Shown one piece after another: positions 18,940 to 29,495 of a DNA stretch of 61,729 bases. This DNA is from Synechococcus sp. (GTDB taxonomy: Bacteria > Cyanobacteriota > Cyanobacteriia > Thermostichales > PCC-7336): the NCBI GenBank assembly GCA_051439425.1, contig JBFRWD010000172.1, positions 1-61,729 of the forward strand, read 5' to 3'. The notes under the pieces are model-generated. The model was not told where the DNA came from, did no database searches, and saw only the letters and a list, made by a program, of their open reading frames with translations. The number at the start of each line of letters is the position of its first letter. The first letter of the stretch is position 1. The position numbers and the translations under genes are program-made.

Positions 18940-20307
18940 ATGCAAACCGCCACCAAATCCCTCAAAACCATACCGACCGTCAAAAAAGTCGGCTTGACAC
19001 AGCGCTGGGATGTAATCTCCCGCCCGCTCGACTATCTGTCCGACTGCGCCAGTCTTTATCCCGATCTATTTCGCTCCAAGCTCGGTGGTTACTCCATTCC
19101 CCTTACAGTCATCCATCACCCCCAAGCAATCGAGCAAATCTTCACTAACGACACCAAACAATTCTCTGCCCCAGGAGACATCAACAATATTCTTGTACCC
19201 GTGCTCGGCAGCCAGTCATTACTCAATTTGGAAGGCGATCGCCACCGCCGTTCCCGCAAGCTAATGATGCCTTCCTTCCATGGGGAACGCATGTACCACT
19301 ACGGCCAAAAAATCGTTGATATCGCTCGGGACCTCACCCTCCAGCTTCCGACCGATGCTCCCTTCCTCGCCCAAACTCTCACTCAGCAAATTACGGTTCG
19401 GCTGATCCTGCAAATTGTTCTTGGCATCGAAAGTGGCGAACGTTACGAACACATCATTCGGGCCACCACTAACTTGCTCAATCACTTCAATTCCCCCCTG
19501 ACGATCGTCTCTCTGTTTGCACCCAGGTTCCAAATCAACTTGGGTAGCTGGAGTCCGTGGGGACGCTTCCTGCAACTGCAAGCAGACCTCGACTCTGCTA
19601 TCTACGCCGAGATCGGCGATCGCCATCGCTACCCTGAGCCCGATCGCAAAGACATTCTTGCCCTCATGATGAGCGCTACCGATGAAGACGGTCAGCATCT
19701 TTCCGATCGGGAACTGAGGGACGAACTGATGCTGCTGATTTTGGCGGGCCACGATACGACGGCTCTCGCGATGGCGTGGGGGATGTACTGGTTGCATTCC
19801 TTGCCCAACGTCAAACACAAGGTGTTGGACGAACTGGCCACGTTGGGAGACAACCCCGACCCAATGGACATCTTCAAACTGCCGTTCCTAACCGCTGTCT
19901 GCCAAGAAATCCTCAGAATCCACCCCGTCGCCGCGTTTAGCTTCCCTCGCCGCGCCCAAGAAGAGGTCAATCTGATGGGATATCACATGCCTGCTGGTGA
20001 GAATGCGATTGTCTCCATCCATCTTTTGCATCAGCGTCCGGATCTCTATCCCAACCCCCGCCAGTTCGATCCAGACCGTTTCCTCCAACGAAAATTTTCG
20101 CCGTACGAATTTATGCCATTTGGTGGGGGTGTCCGTCGCTGTGTTGGTAATGCCCTGGCGATGTACGAGTTAAAACTGTCCTTGGCCACATTGCTGCGAA
20201 CAGCAGACTTCAGCCTACTCGATCGCCAAGAGCCCCAAGTCCAACGTCGCGGTGTGATCTTCGCTCCCAAAGGCGGTATCCCCATGCAGGTAACTCATCG
20301 CACCTGA
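18940..20307 (+). CDS. Cytochrome P450 (CYP110-like)
   Basis: AGHDTT I-helix, EILR, FMPFGGGVRRCVG heme ligand. Confidence 0.93.
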   Translation: MQTATKSLKTIPTVKKVGLTQRWDVISRPLDYLSDCASLYPDLFRSKLGGYSIPLTVIHHPQAIEQIFTNDTKQFSAPGDINNILVPVLGSQSLLNLEGDRHRRSRKLMMPSFHGERMYHYGQKIVDIARDLTLQLPTDAPFLAQTLTQQITVRLILQIVLGIESGERYEHIIRATTNLLNHFNSPLTIVSLFAPRFQINLGSWSPWGRFLQLQADLDSAIYAEIGDRHRYPEPDRKDILALMMSATDEDGQHLSDRELRDELMLLILAGHDTTALAMAWGMYWLHSLPNVKHKVLDELATLGDNPDPMDIFKLPFLTAVCQEILRIHPVAAFSFPRRAQEEVNLMGYHMPAGENAIVSIHLLHQRPDLYPNPRQFDPDRFLQRKFSPYEFMPFGGGVRRCVGNALAMYELKLSLATLLRTADFSLLDRQEPQVQRRGVIFAPKGGIPMQVTHRT

Positions 20308-20339
20308 CTCCTATCTGCCATCATTAGGTCTTCGATTGC

Positions 20340-20756
20340 TTATGAGTTTGCTTCTGAAACAACGCAATCAGCCTCGATCTCCACCAGCCAATCCTTTTTG
20401 ATAAATCTCGATACCTCAACGAAGGTACAAGCAGGTCGGATGCCCGAGAAAAACTCTCCATGTGCTTTGGCTGCATCTTCCCATTGAGAAATATCGGTCA
20501 GCATGATGCGAGTGCGGATAACGTCTTCTAGGCGGCCTCCTGCTTGAGCGATCGCCGAACGAATAATCGATAAGCAACAGTCTGTCTGACCGTAGACGTC
20601 TCCGGGGCAAGCGGTCGATCCATCTGGAGCAATAGGAGCGGTTCCGGCGATCGCGATGATATTGCCAACACGTACAGCCCGAGAAAATCCAATGGGTTCT
20701 TCTAATGGAGAGCCAGAAGATACGTTCTGCCGCTTCATGTCGCTATCCTGTTTCAA
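20340..20756 (-). CDS. RidA family protein
   Basis: GFSRAVRVGN, VIRTRI, RPACT, LVEIEAD. Confidence 0.88.
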   Translation of the reverse strand: MKQDSDMKRQNVSSGSPLEEPIGFSRAVRVGNIIAIAGTAPIAPDGSTACPGDVYGQTDCCLSIIRSAIAQAGGRLEDVIRTRIMLTDISQWEDAAKAHGEFFSGIRPACTFVEVSRFIKKDWLVEIEADCVVSEANS

Positions 20757-21342
20757 CTGTGGGTCAAACTCTTACTCTCTTCAGCCTTCAGCACATACAC
20801 ACCGTCTCAGTACATTGCGACACGGTGTGTATGCACTTCTGGTTACCAGCCTAGACGGATCGAAATTGATTTAAGTCATGCATAACAAGAAGTTTGAGAA
20901 GCCGATATGCTTCTCTCAATCCAAAGCATAGATTGAATCGACACTAATAACGGATTCTTATAGAGGATTTGCAAAATGACAATATTGATCGTGTATATAC
21001 TAATTTTCTTATGTGATTAAATAAATCCATAGATTCAACCATTCAAAGTCGGCGCTGTCGATAGTTCGGCGATTGGCTCAGCGATTTTGATATCTCTATG
21101 TTAAACATTTGTTTTTATATATAGATGTCAATATACCTGCCAAAGTAGATGTATAGATCTATTCTCATATGTTTCCCCTCTCCATCTAGTGATGGTTGAT
21201 CCTGTGGTAGCCACTCCTGCGTCGCGGAGAACATGGTTGACGTTACTGAATACAGGTCATTCCTGAGATAAGGGATTGAATCAAAATACTTACCTATTGA
21301 TTGTGGAGTGTTGCTTTTTGAGAGGCTCAATAGAGATTTGAT

Positions 21343-22758
21343 ATGGTTAATTTCTTAGGCTATAGCAATCCATTATCGAGCATTATTGACTGCTCGAATT
21401 CGATACCGATATTTGCTACTGCACCTTCATCGACCGCAGAGGTAGGGCCATTTGTTCTGACTTCTGTACTCCTAAGCCTAATGGCTATTTACATTGTCAG
21501 TAAGTTGGGGGGCGAGCTTTCAAAGCGCCTTGACCTACCTCCTGTTTTGGGTGAGTTGATTGGCGGTGTTGTCGTTGGCGTCTCAGCTCTACATCTTCTA
21601 GTTTTTCCCGAAGCGGGCGCTACTGCTAGTGATTCAACGCTAATGGCTGCACTGCAGTCATTGGGCAATCTCGATACTGAAGCGATTGCTCAAATCTTTG
21701 CCAGTCAAAGTGAGATTGTCTCGATATTGGCCGAGCTAGGAGTCATTGTTCTGTTATTCGAGATCGGTCTAGAGTCCGATCTGCGGGAGTTAACGAAGGT
21801 TGGTTACCAAGCTGCAATTGTCGCTGTTGTTGGTGTGACGTTACCGTTTACTCTCGGAACATTAGGCCTTATTTGGTTATTTCATGCTCCGATAATTCCG
21901 GCTATTTTTGCTGGAGCAGCACTAACTGCCACTAGCATTGGTATTACTTCAAAGGTTTTATCAGAACTGGGATATCTAAAATCAACTGAAGGGCAGATTA
22001 TCGTTGGTGCCGCTGTCATTGATGATGTTCTGGGAATTATTGTTCTCGCTGTTGTAGCTAGCTTAGCGAAAACAGGTGAGGTTGACTTGCTCAACGTTAC
22101 GTATTTAATTCTGAGTGCTAGCGGCTTCCTCTTGGGCGCAATCTTCTTAGGTAAGTTCTTCAACAAAGGCTTCGTGGCGATCGCCGACAAGTTACAAACT
22201 CGCGGGGCCTTAATTATTCCAGCCCTGACTTTCGCTTTAGCTATGGCTGTTGTTGCAAATCTGATACACCTTGAAGCAATTTTGGGAGCTTTTGCTGCAG
22301 GCTTAGTCCTCGATGAAACTGACAAGCGAAAAGAGTTAGATCGACAAATTATCCCGATCGCTGACATTCTAGTTCCGATCTTCTTTGTGACTGTGGGTGC
22401 AAAGGCCGATTTGGGAGTGTTAAACCCCACCATTGCTGAGAATAGGGAAGGGTTGATCGTTGCGGCATTCTTGATCGCTGTTGCCATATTGGGGAAGGTT
22501 GTTACGGGATGGGCTGTATTTGGTCAACCTGGTGTTAACAAGCTTGCCATTGGTGTTGGCATGATTCCTCGAGGAGAGGTGGGTCTTGTTTTTGCTGGCA
22601 TTGGTTCTGCTAGTGGAGTGCTGGATAAACCTTTGGAAGCTGCCATCATTGTGATGGTCATCCTTACGACCTTTCTTGCTCCTCCCATGCTTCAACTGGT
22701 CCTGAAGGATAAAGACGCAGAACCTGTGGTTGATGATGCCGATCTATCCACTGTCTGA
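21343..22758 (+). CDS. Na+/H+ antiporter, CPA2 family (NhaS3-like)
   Basis: LLFEIGLESD, TATSIGIT, AAVIDDVLG, MIPRGEVGL. Confidence 0.92.
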   Translation: MVNFLGYSNPLSSIIDCSNSIPIFATAPSSTAEVGPFVLTSVLLSLMAIYIVSKLGGELSKRLDLPPVLGELIGGVVVGVSALHLLVFPEAGATASDSTLMAALQSLGNLDTEAIAQIFASQSEIVSILAELGVIVLLFEIGLESDLRELTKVGYQAAIVAVVGVTLPFTLGTLGLIWLFHAPIIPAIFAGAALTATSIGITSKVLSELGYLKSTEGQIIVGAAVIDDVLGIIVLAVVASLAKTGEVDLLNVTYLILSASGFLLGAIFLGKFFNKGFVAIADKLQTRGALIIPALTFALAMAVVANLIHLEAILGAFAAGLVLDETDKRKELDRQIIPIADILVPIFFVTVGAKADLGVLNPTIAENREGLIVAAFLIAVAILGKVVTGWAVFGQPGVNKLAIGVGMIPRGEVGLVFAGIGSASGVLDKPLEAAIIVMVILTTFLAPPMLQLVLKDKDAEPVVDDADLSTV

Positions 22759-22879
22759 GTGCAAGTGTTGAGCCCTTAGGATTTTCCCGAACGAAGTTCC
22801 GTTGATGACAATACTGTGTTGTCCTATCAAACCTCATTCACTTCTTTGTAAATGGGGTGAGCAGTAAAGAATGTAATCC

Positions 22880-22945
22880 GCAATTCATTGAATCTTCAGT
22901 TTGTTCCATCTAATGAGCTTTGAATTCAATGAATTGCTGGTTTTT
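22880..22945 (+). terminator. Inverted repeat between the two antiporter genes
   Basis: GCAATTCATTGAAT ... ATTCAATGAATTGC followed by tggttttt. Confidence 0.5.
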
Positions 22946-23065
22946 GCTGTTAGAACTGTTCGATTATGGGAAGGCTCCCAGACTCAAACTCATATAGGCA
23001 GTGATGTCGGTGGAATCTACGACTGTTTCATACGTTGAGTTGATATTGAAGACCGTTTCGATTGG

Positions 23066-24526
23066 ATGAGGATATTTCTAATGAATCAAATCCTGAACGT
23101 ATGGATATTTATACCGTTTTTGTTTGGGTTTGGTATCTATCTGATTCCTAGAATCGATCGCCTACTGGCTGTCGCTGTCGCTCTATCTTCTCTGGCGATC
23201 GGGCTTTACACGGCCGGTCTTGCAGATCCGTTAACTCTCCAGCTCGTGGATAGTTTTGGGGTCACTCTAACGGTCGATTCTCTGAGTGGATTTTTTATTC
23301 TCACCAACGCGATCGTTACGATTGCCGTGGTGCTGTACTGCTGGCCCAGCCCAAGAACGGTTTTCTTCTACATGCAAACCATCATTCTGCACGGCAGCCT
23401 GAATGCGGTGTTTGTATGTTCTGACTTCATTAGCCTCTACGTTGCCCTCGAAGTCATTGGTATTTCGGCATTCTTATTAATTACCTATGTCAGAACCGAT
23501 AAATCGATATGGGTGGGGTTGAGGTACTTACTCCTCAGCAATATAGCCATGCTGTTTTATCTGGTGGGGGCTGTGTTGGTCTACCAATCGGCTCAAACCT
23601 TTGCCTTCGAAGGGTTGCGGGAGGCTCCGATTGAGGCGATCGTGCTCATTTTTGTGGGATTGCTAACAAAGGGTGGGGTGTTTGTTTCTGGTTTGTGGTT
23701 ACCCCTGACCCACTCTGAAGCTGCAACACCAGTTTCGGCCTTACTCTCCGGTGCGGTGGTCAAATCTGGCATATTTCCGTTGTTGCGTTGTGCAATGCTG
23801 ATTGAAGAGCTCTCGCCAGTGTTGCAATTAATGGGAGTTCTCACGGCTCTATCGGCGGTGATTTGTGCGGTATTCGAGCAAGATACGAAACGAACCCTAG
23901 CATTCAGTACCGTTTCACAGGTAGGGTTTGCATTGGTTGCACCTGCAGTGGCCGGATTTTACGTACTCACTCATGGACTTGCAAAAGCCACGCTATTTTT
24001 AACGGCAGGTAGTTTACCCAGCCGCCAGTTCACAGAGTTGCGGCAACAGCCGATGCCGTTTCTAAAGTGGCTGGTAATGACTATCGCCTGTTTGTCTTTA
24101 TCTGGAATGCCATTGTTCGGAGGATTCGGAGCTAAGACCGCTGCCTTTGGGCAGCTAAGCGGTAGCGTGAATATCGCCATGAATATCGCTGCAGTGGGAA
24201 CGGCGATTGTGTGTGCAAAGTTCCTTTTTCTGCCCTTCAGAGCTTCAAATCCATTCTTGAGGAGAGATGGCGTTCAAACCAGTTTTGCGATCGCGACTCT
24301 GTTCCTAAGTATTGGTCTGTTCTCTGCTAACGCTGGTTATTTAGATGCCTACAGCCTGAACAAGATAGCCAAGGCGATAGTGACTATTGCGCTTGGATGG
24401 GTTACCTACCAAGTGGTTATCAAAAACATTGACATCGTAGTCTCAAGATTGTTTGAACGTCTCGAACATCTCATTGGGATGATGAGCGTTATTCTGACAA
24501 TTTTGTTCTGGATGGTATTGGCATAA
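23066..24526 (+). CDS. MrpD/NdhD5-like cation:proton antiporter subunit
   Basis: Multi-TM; LYVALE, GLWLPLTHSEA, SALLSGAVVK, AFSTVSQVG, HGLAKATLFL. Confidence 0.88.
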   Translation: MRIFLMNQILNVWIFIPFLFGFGIYLIPRIDRLLAVAVALSSLAIGLYTAGLADPLTLQLVDSFGVTLTVDSLSGFFILTNAIVTIAVVLYCWPSPRTVFFYMQTIILHGSLNAVFVCSDFISLYVALEVIGISAFLLITYVRTDKSIWVGLRYLLLSNIAMLFYLVGAVLVYQSAQTFAFEGLREAPIEAIVLIFVGLLTKGGVFVSGLWLPLTHSEAATPVSALLSGAVVKSGIFPLLRCAMLIEELSPVLQLMGVLTALSAVICAVFEQDTKRTLAFSTVSQVGFALVAPAVAGFYVLTHGLAKATLFLTAGSLPSRQFTELRQQPMPFLKWLVMTIACLSLSGMPLFGGFGAKTAAFGQLSGSVNIAMNIAAVGTAIVCAKFLFLPFRASNPFLRRDGVQTSFAIATLFLSIGLFSANAGYLDAYSLNKIAKAIVTIALGWVTYQVVIKNIDIVVSRLFERLEHLIGMMSVILTILFWMVLA

Positions 24527-24732
24527 TTCAATCGGTTGACCCAGAACATATCGCAATTGGCAATCTCCTACGGAGAGGGTCCGAGCTGCCATAGCAAGCG
24601 CCATAACTCAGATTTAACGGATGGGACTGAACGTGTCAGGCTCGCATCAGTTGATGGACATCGGTTCGACAAACCTGTCACAGCTCAGAGGCACCATCAA
24701 TTCCTAGTGAGGAATTCGGCTTTTAGGTCTTG

Positions 24733-24766
24733 ACCCCCCTCTCCCGGATGGGAAAAGGGGATGGGG
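24733..24766. repeat. Small dispersed hairpin repeat (CCCCTCTCCC...GGGAnAGGGG)
   Basis: acccccctctcccggatgggaaaggggatgggg; related copy at 44813-44850. Confidence 0.55.
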
Positions 24767-24800
24767 TTATCGAACTTAGTTTGATGGAGAGAATTCCCGT

Positions 24801-25547
24801 CTAGACTCCACCAAATCTACGATGCCGAACTTGGAAGGTCTCTAGTGCTTTTTGGAACTCATCTAGAGAGAAATCCGGCCACTGCACATCGGCAAAATAC
24901 AGCTCGGTATAGGCCATTTGCCAAAGTAGGAAGTTACTGAGGCGCTGTTCGCCACTGGTGCGAATTAACAAGTCGGGGTCGGGCAGGTCTGAAAGATAGA
25001 GATAGCGACCGAAAAACTCGGCATTGATGTCGTCAGGGTTGAGATTGCCTTGGCTGGCTTGTTGGGCGATCGCCTTCACCCCCTCAACAATTTCGTCTCG
25101 GCCACCATAATTCATCGCCACCGTCAGACGTACATCGGTATTAGCCAACGTAGCCGTCTCGGCTCGCTCGATTTCAGCCTGCAGGGATTTGGGCAAAACG
25201 GTGAGATTACCAGCAAACGAGACTCGTACCCCCTCCTCACACAGTTCCTTCAGCTCGTGGCGCAACATGCGCTCGAACAACTTCATGAGGAAATCCACTT
25301 CCGTAGACGAGCGTCGCCAGTTCTCTGTCGAAAAGGCATACACCGTTAGGGCCGGAATTCCCCATTCTTTGCAGCAGCGTAGAAGATCTTTGAGGGTTTG
25401 TACCCCCTGTTTGTGGCCGGCAATTCTAGGCAGACCCCGTCTCTGTGCCCAGCGACCGTTGCCATCCATAATCACAGCAACGTGTTGGGGCAAGCAGTCA
25501 GCCTTAAGAGTGGCAGGCAGAGACGAGCGTTGGAGAGAGCAAACCAT
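24801..25547 (-). CDS. uppS: cis-Prenyltransferase (undecaprenyl diphosphate synthase family)
   Basis: [47 protein letters not shown]. Confidence 0.93.
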   Translation of the reverse strand: MVCSLQRSSLPATLKADCLPQHVAVIMDGNGRWAQRRGLPRIAGHKQGVQTLKDLLRCCKEWGIPALTVYAFSTENWRRSSTEVDFLMKLFERMLRHELKELCEEGVRVSFAGNLTVLPKSLQAEIERAETATLANTDVRLTVAMNYGGRDEIVEGVKAIAQQASQGNLNPDDINAEFFGRYLYLSDLPDPDLLIRTSGEQRLSNFLLWQMAYTELYFADVQWPDFSLDEFQKALETFQVRHRRFGGV

Positions 25548-25682
25548 AGGCTTTTGTCAGTAGAGTATGTTGTGGGAGAAACGCCACCAGCAGGTGACAG
25601 GCGAGTGCGAACGTTGCTGGCCAGAGCAAGTAGCTTGCGCTGAGATTGCCCCAAATAGAGATTGACCAGTATTACGATGACC

Positions 25683-26687
25683 TTAGGACGAGGGACAACT
25701 AACATCCGGCAACGGCCCGAAAATATCCTTGAGGGAATCTCGGGTTAACCGGTGGCTCCAGCGCAGCATGTGAACCAGAACCCGCATGCAGATTAGAGAG
25801 AACTCTGCCTGCAAACCAGGAGTCCAGTCTTGCCAGGCCATAATCTCGGCCATGCGACGCAATGTGCGCGGCAGGCTGGATTGTCCGAAGCGATCGCTCG
25901 CTTGAGGACAATCCCTGACGGTCTTCGCCAACTGCACCGCCACCCGTCGTAGGTGTCCTGGGGTGGAAAAGGGATAAGCCCACGCTCCAAACCCCCAGAA
26001 TTTGGTCATGTGATTGATTTCATCACGCAGCAGTTCCCCCCATACCTGACGTAACGTACCCGTGGAGTGGGACATGAGCCACAGATACAGGCAAGTTGCC
26101 CCGTATTCGGTGGCAATCCGATGCATACCGTGGCGGTACAAATCGCTGCGCGGATCGCAGGAGGGTGAAAATTCACGTGCTTCTCGCACATCGATGGAGA
26201 GATGACGACCGCTGAGCTGGCGATAAATTCTCAGTAGGGCTGGAATATGGCGTTGTTCCTCACGCTCCCACAACCCTTTTTCGATGAGAGTGCCGTCCGC
26301 TTCCACTGTCCCTCCCACAAAGCGAGCCATATCGGGGTGCAGGCGTTGAAGATACTGGCGACTGGTTTGGCTGTACCCACGAATGGGTATTTCGGTTTCA
26401 ATCGCTCCGGCAATCACATTTAGATACACGTCCAGATCGAACCCATGCACTTGATTGAGGGCGATTGCATCCCAATCGATAAACCGCCAGTGGCGAACTT
26501 GAGGGGCCTCAAACTGCTCCGGAAGTTCTTGCACCAGTCCGTCTAAGGTATCGAAGGATAAATACTGGCAAATGAGATATCGAATGTGGGTGTGTTTATC
26601 GGCAAGTATTGATTCCTCTTTGTCCGATTTACAGTTTGCGATCGCCAGCTTGTTCTCCGTGAAATCCTTTGCCACTTGCATCACCAT
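25683..26687 (-). CDS. Ferritin-like diiron-carboxylate protein
   Basis: Ligand pattern AIETE ... EREEQRH ... ATEYGATCLY ... RDEINH (E, ExxH, E, ExxH). Confidence 0.78.
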   Translation of the reverse strand: MVMQVAKDFTENKLAIANCKSDKEESILADKHTHIRYLICQYLSFDTLDGLVQELPEQFEAPQVRHWRFIDWDAIALNQVHGFDLDVYLNVIAGAIETEIPIRGYSQTSRQYLQRLHPDMARFVGGTVEADGTLIEKGLWEREEQRHIPALLRIYRQLSGRHLSIDVREAREFSPSCDPRSDLYRHGMHRIATEYGATCLYLWLMSHSTGTLRQVWGELLRDEINHMTKFWGFGAWAYPFSTPGHLRRVAVQLAKTVRDCPQASDRFGQSSLPRTLRRMAEIMAWQDWTPGLQAEFSLICMRVLVHMLRWSHRLTRDSLKDIFGPLPDVSCPSS

Positions 26688-26803
26688 CAGTCGATCTCCT
26701 AAAACTCAAAGGCTCGAATTTGCATGACCTCAAATTCGCGAAGCAAGGAGACATCTGTTCACTGCTTCGCTCAGTAGCTTAGAAATCGCCAAGATTGGCG
26801 TCA

Positions 26804-26874
26804 GTCGGCGAAAGTCGGGAGTTTGCATTCGTCCTGTCACATCGCAGTCGGAAATGGTCGGAAAAACGTCGGAA
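26804..26874. promoter_or_regulatory. Helically phased GTCGG direct repeats in a divergent intergenic region
   Basis: GTCGG at 26804, 26814, 26847, 26857 and 26868 (spacings 10, 33, 10, 11). Confidence 0.6.
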
Positions 26875-27001
26875 TCTAAGCTGTGACTGTTCAAACCGGT
26901 AGTCTGTCTCTGGTATTGAACTGGGGACACCCGTCCGATCGCGGGGGTAGGGTAGTCTAAGCTCAACCCTCGGGCGAGTGACCCATTAGCTCTGAAGATG
27001 T

Positions 27002-29491
27002 ATGAGCCCTGAAGATGTCCTGAATTGGGCGGACGAGTTACTATACCGACACACCGGCGATCGCCTGTCCGATTTGCAGCAGGAGATTATTAGGCTGGCG
27101 TGGCAAGGGCGCACCTATCCCGAAATTGCCGATTGCTATGGCTGCACGGAAGGTCACGCCAAAGATACGGGCTCGGAGCTGTGGCAATTGTTGTCAACAG
27201 CCCTAAACGATAAAGTCACCAAATCAAATTTGAAGGCTGTTGTCCGCCGATCGCTGGTCAAGGTGGTACGTAAATCCGGGTTGAATTTGCCGCCGAGCTT
27301 AAAATCTGTTGGCAACTCTCTGCTGCCTCCACAGCCACCGAGTCCTGTCTCTCCAAGCTTTCTGCTGACACCGGGGTTTGTGGGCCGGGGAGAGGCGATC
27401 GCCGATTTAAATCGTCGATTCGACAGCGGTGCCAAGGTCGTGCTGATTCAGGGGGAAGGGGGGCTAGGCAAAACAGCGCTGGCTCAGCATTTCTTTCAAC
27501 AGCAGGAGTTTGACCTGGTTCTGGAGCTGATGGTGGCGAAGGAGACCGAGAACCTGATCGCAGCCGAACATATCGTAGAAGAATGGCTTCAACAGGATTT
27601 ACAGGTGGAGCCGGGGCGAGAGTTTGGTATTTCGCTAGGGCGGCTGAAGCGCCAGCTACGTCAGCGCCGCATCGGAATTTCGATCGACAACCTGGAGCCT
27701 GCGCTGGATCGGCGCGGTCAGTTTGTGGCCGGACATTCTGGCTATGTCGAGCTGTTGCGAGTGTTGGGCGATCCCACTCTGCAATCCGTGACGGTGATTA
27801 CCAGTCGCGATCGCCTCTGCGAACCCAGTTTGGCCGTCGAGCACTATCGCCTCGCTGGATTGGGGGTGGAGGCATGGCAACTGTATTTCGACCAGCGGGG
27901 TATTCGATTGAAAGAGAAGCCTCGCTTTGACAGAACGGCAAATGGGAAATTGGATACGTTGAGTGCCATGCACGCTGCTTATGGCGGTAATGCTAAGGCG
28001 ATGGGAATTTTGTGCGGCACTATCGACACCGAATACGATCACGACGCCGACGCCTATTGGCGAGTCAACCATCACGATCCTTTAGCAGAAACCAGTCTTA
28101 AAAATCTGATTGTCAGCCACTTCGATCGCCTGGCCACTCTCGATCCGCAAGCGTATCGACTGTTGTGTCGGCTGGGTTGCTTTCGCTATCAGGATGTAGC
28201 CACCGTGTCAGCCAATGCGATTGCCAGCGTGTTGTGGGATGTACCGGTAGTGGAGCATCGACGGGAGATCGAATCCTTGCGCAATCGCTCGCTGCTGGAG
28301 ACATCCAAAGGACAATACGGATTGCACCCTGCGATCCGAGAAGAAGCAATTCGACGATTGCGGGCCAGTGATGAATGGGAGATAAGTAATCAGCGAGCCG
28401 CTGACTATTGGACTTCCAGCGTAGACACCGTTGAAACCGTTTCGGATGCTCTAACAGCATTGGAGGCCTTCTATCACTGTGTCGCCATTCGCGATTACGA
28501 ACGGGCAGGACAAACCCTCTTGCACTGTCGCACCAATCAATGGCAGCAGTATTTGACTCTCGGCAGTTCTCTGTATCGACTCGGATTGGTGCAACCGGTG
28601 TTATCGGCGATCGCTCTCGTTACCCGCAAGACGGAGCTGACCCCGCAATTGTGCGAACTCTACAACATATTGGGGGATGTGTATTGGACGACTGGTCGGG
28701 TGCGGGAGGCGATTGAATGCCAGCAGCGATCGCTGCAAGTGGTGAATGCAGCACTGGCTGAAACGGCTGATTTTGGTACCTCGAAGCCGGACAGCCTTAG
28801 CAATCGCGATCGCCATTACCTAGAAATGTTGGCATTTGATTCTCAACTCAGTATGGGCCTCTACAACATTGACCTGTGGGAGTTGGAGACAGCCGCTGAG
28901 GACTTTCAACAAACGATTGCAGCCGCTCGGGATACGAAACATGCCCGTTGGGTGGAGAAAGCGCGGGTGGGATTGGCCGTGGTCTACGCCCACTTGGGTC
29001 ACACCGTTGAAGCGAAAAAGCTAGCTGACGGCATTTTAGAGGCGATCGCCGCCGCTCCCGCCGCCCATTCCGGACGATTTGCTTTTTTCCTGCAACTGTT
29101 AGGAGTGACTTACAAGACGTTAGGTGAATCTCAAGCAGCCACGGAGCTATTCCAGACCTCGATCCGATATGCAGAAGAGAGTCATTACATTCAAGTGAAA
29201 GGGAAGGCGATAGGGGGATTGGCAGAACTCGATCGCCAGCAGCAGCAGTTTTCTCCCGCATTAGCTCAGCATGAAGAGGCGATCGCCTTATTGGAAGGAA
29301 TTTCCGCTCAGTGCGATCTGGCAGAGGCGTATTTGCAGCAGGGGTTGACGTATCGGGCGATGGGGAATGAGGGGCTAGCGAGGCAATTGCGAGATCGGGC
29401 TTGCAAGCTATTTGAAGAGATTGCCGCTACCCGCCAACTCGCTCGTGTCGATGCACTCTGGAAGGCAGACTGTATTTCCTGCACAAGCTAA
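27002..29491 (+). CDS. STAND (NB-ARC-like) NTPase with N-terminal HTH and C-terminal TPRs
   Basis: HTH LAWQGRTYPEIADCYGC; FVGR; Walker A GEGGLGKT; Walker B ISIDNLE; LHPAIRE; TPR-like helices. Confidence 0.85.
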   Translation: MSPEDVLNWADELLYRHTGDRLSDLQQEIIRLAWQGRTYPEIADCYGCTEGHAKDTGSELWQLLSTALNDKVTKSNLKAVVRRSLVKVVRKSGLNLPPSLKSVGNSLLPPQPPSPVSPSFLLTPGFVGRGEAIADLNRRFDSGAKVVLIQGEGGLGKTALAQHFFQQQEFDLVLELMVAKETENLIAAEHIVEEWLQQDLQVEPGREFGISLGRLKRQLRQRRIGISIDNLEPALDRRGQFVAGHSGYVELLRVLGDPTLQSVTVITSRDRLCEPSLAVEHYRLAGLGVEAWQLYFDQRGIRLKEKPRFDRTANGKLDTLSAMHAAYGGNAKAMGILCGTIDTEYDHDADAYWRVNHHDPLAETSLKNLIVSHFDRLATLDPQAYRLLCRLGCFRYQDVATVSANAIASVLWDVPVVEHRREIESLRNRSLLETSKGQYGLHPAIREEAIRRLRASDEWEISNQRAADYWTSSVDTVETVSDALTALEAFYHCVAIRDYERAGQTLLHCRTNQWQQYLTLGSSLYRLGLVQPVLSAIALVTRKTELTPQLCELYNILGDVYWTTGRVREAIECQQRSLQVVNAALAETADFGTSKPDSLSNRDRHYLEMLAFDSQLSMGLYNIDLWELETAAEDFQQTIAAARDTKHARWVEKARVGLAVVYAHLGHTVEAKKLADGILEAIAAAPAAHSGRFAFFLQLLGVTYKTLGESQAATELFQTSIRYAEESHYIQVKGKAIGGLAELDRQQQQFSPALAQHEEAIALLEGISAQCDLAEAYLQQGLTYRAMGNEGLARQLRDRACKLFEEIAATRQLARVDALWKADCISCTS

Positions 29492-29495
29492 GATC

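Noticed and set aside
21190..21290. Na+/Li+ or c-di-AMP riboswitch upstream of the antiporter
   Set aside because: Could not match any consensus by eye; an Rfam scan would be needed.
25472..25705. 77-aa ORF between the ferritin-like gene and uppS
   Set aside because: Overlaps both neighbours and has no motif or other support.
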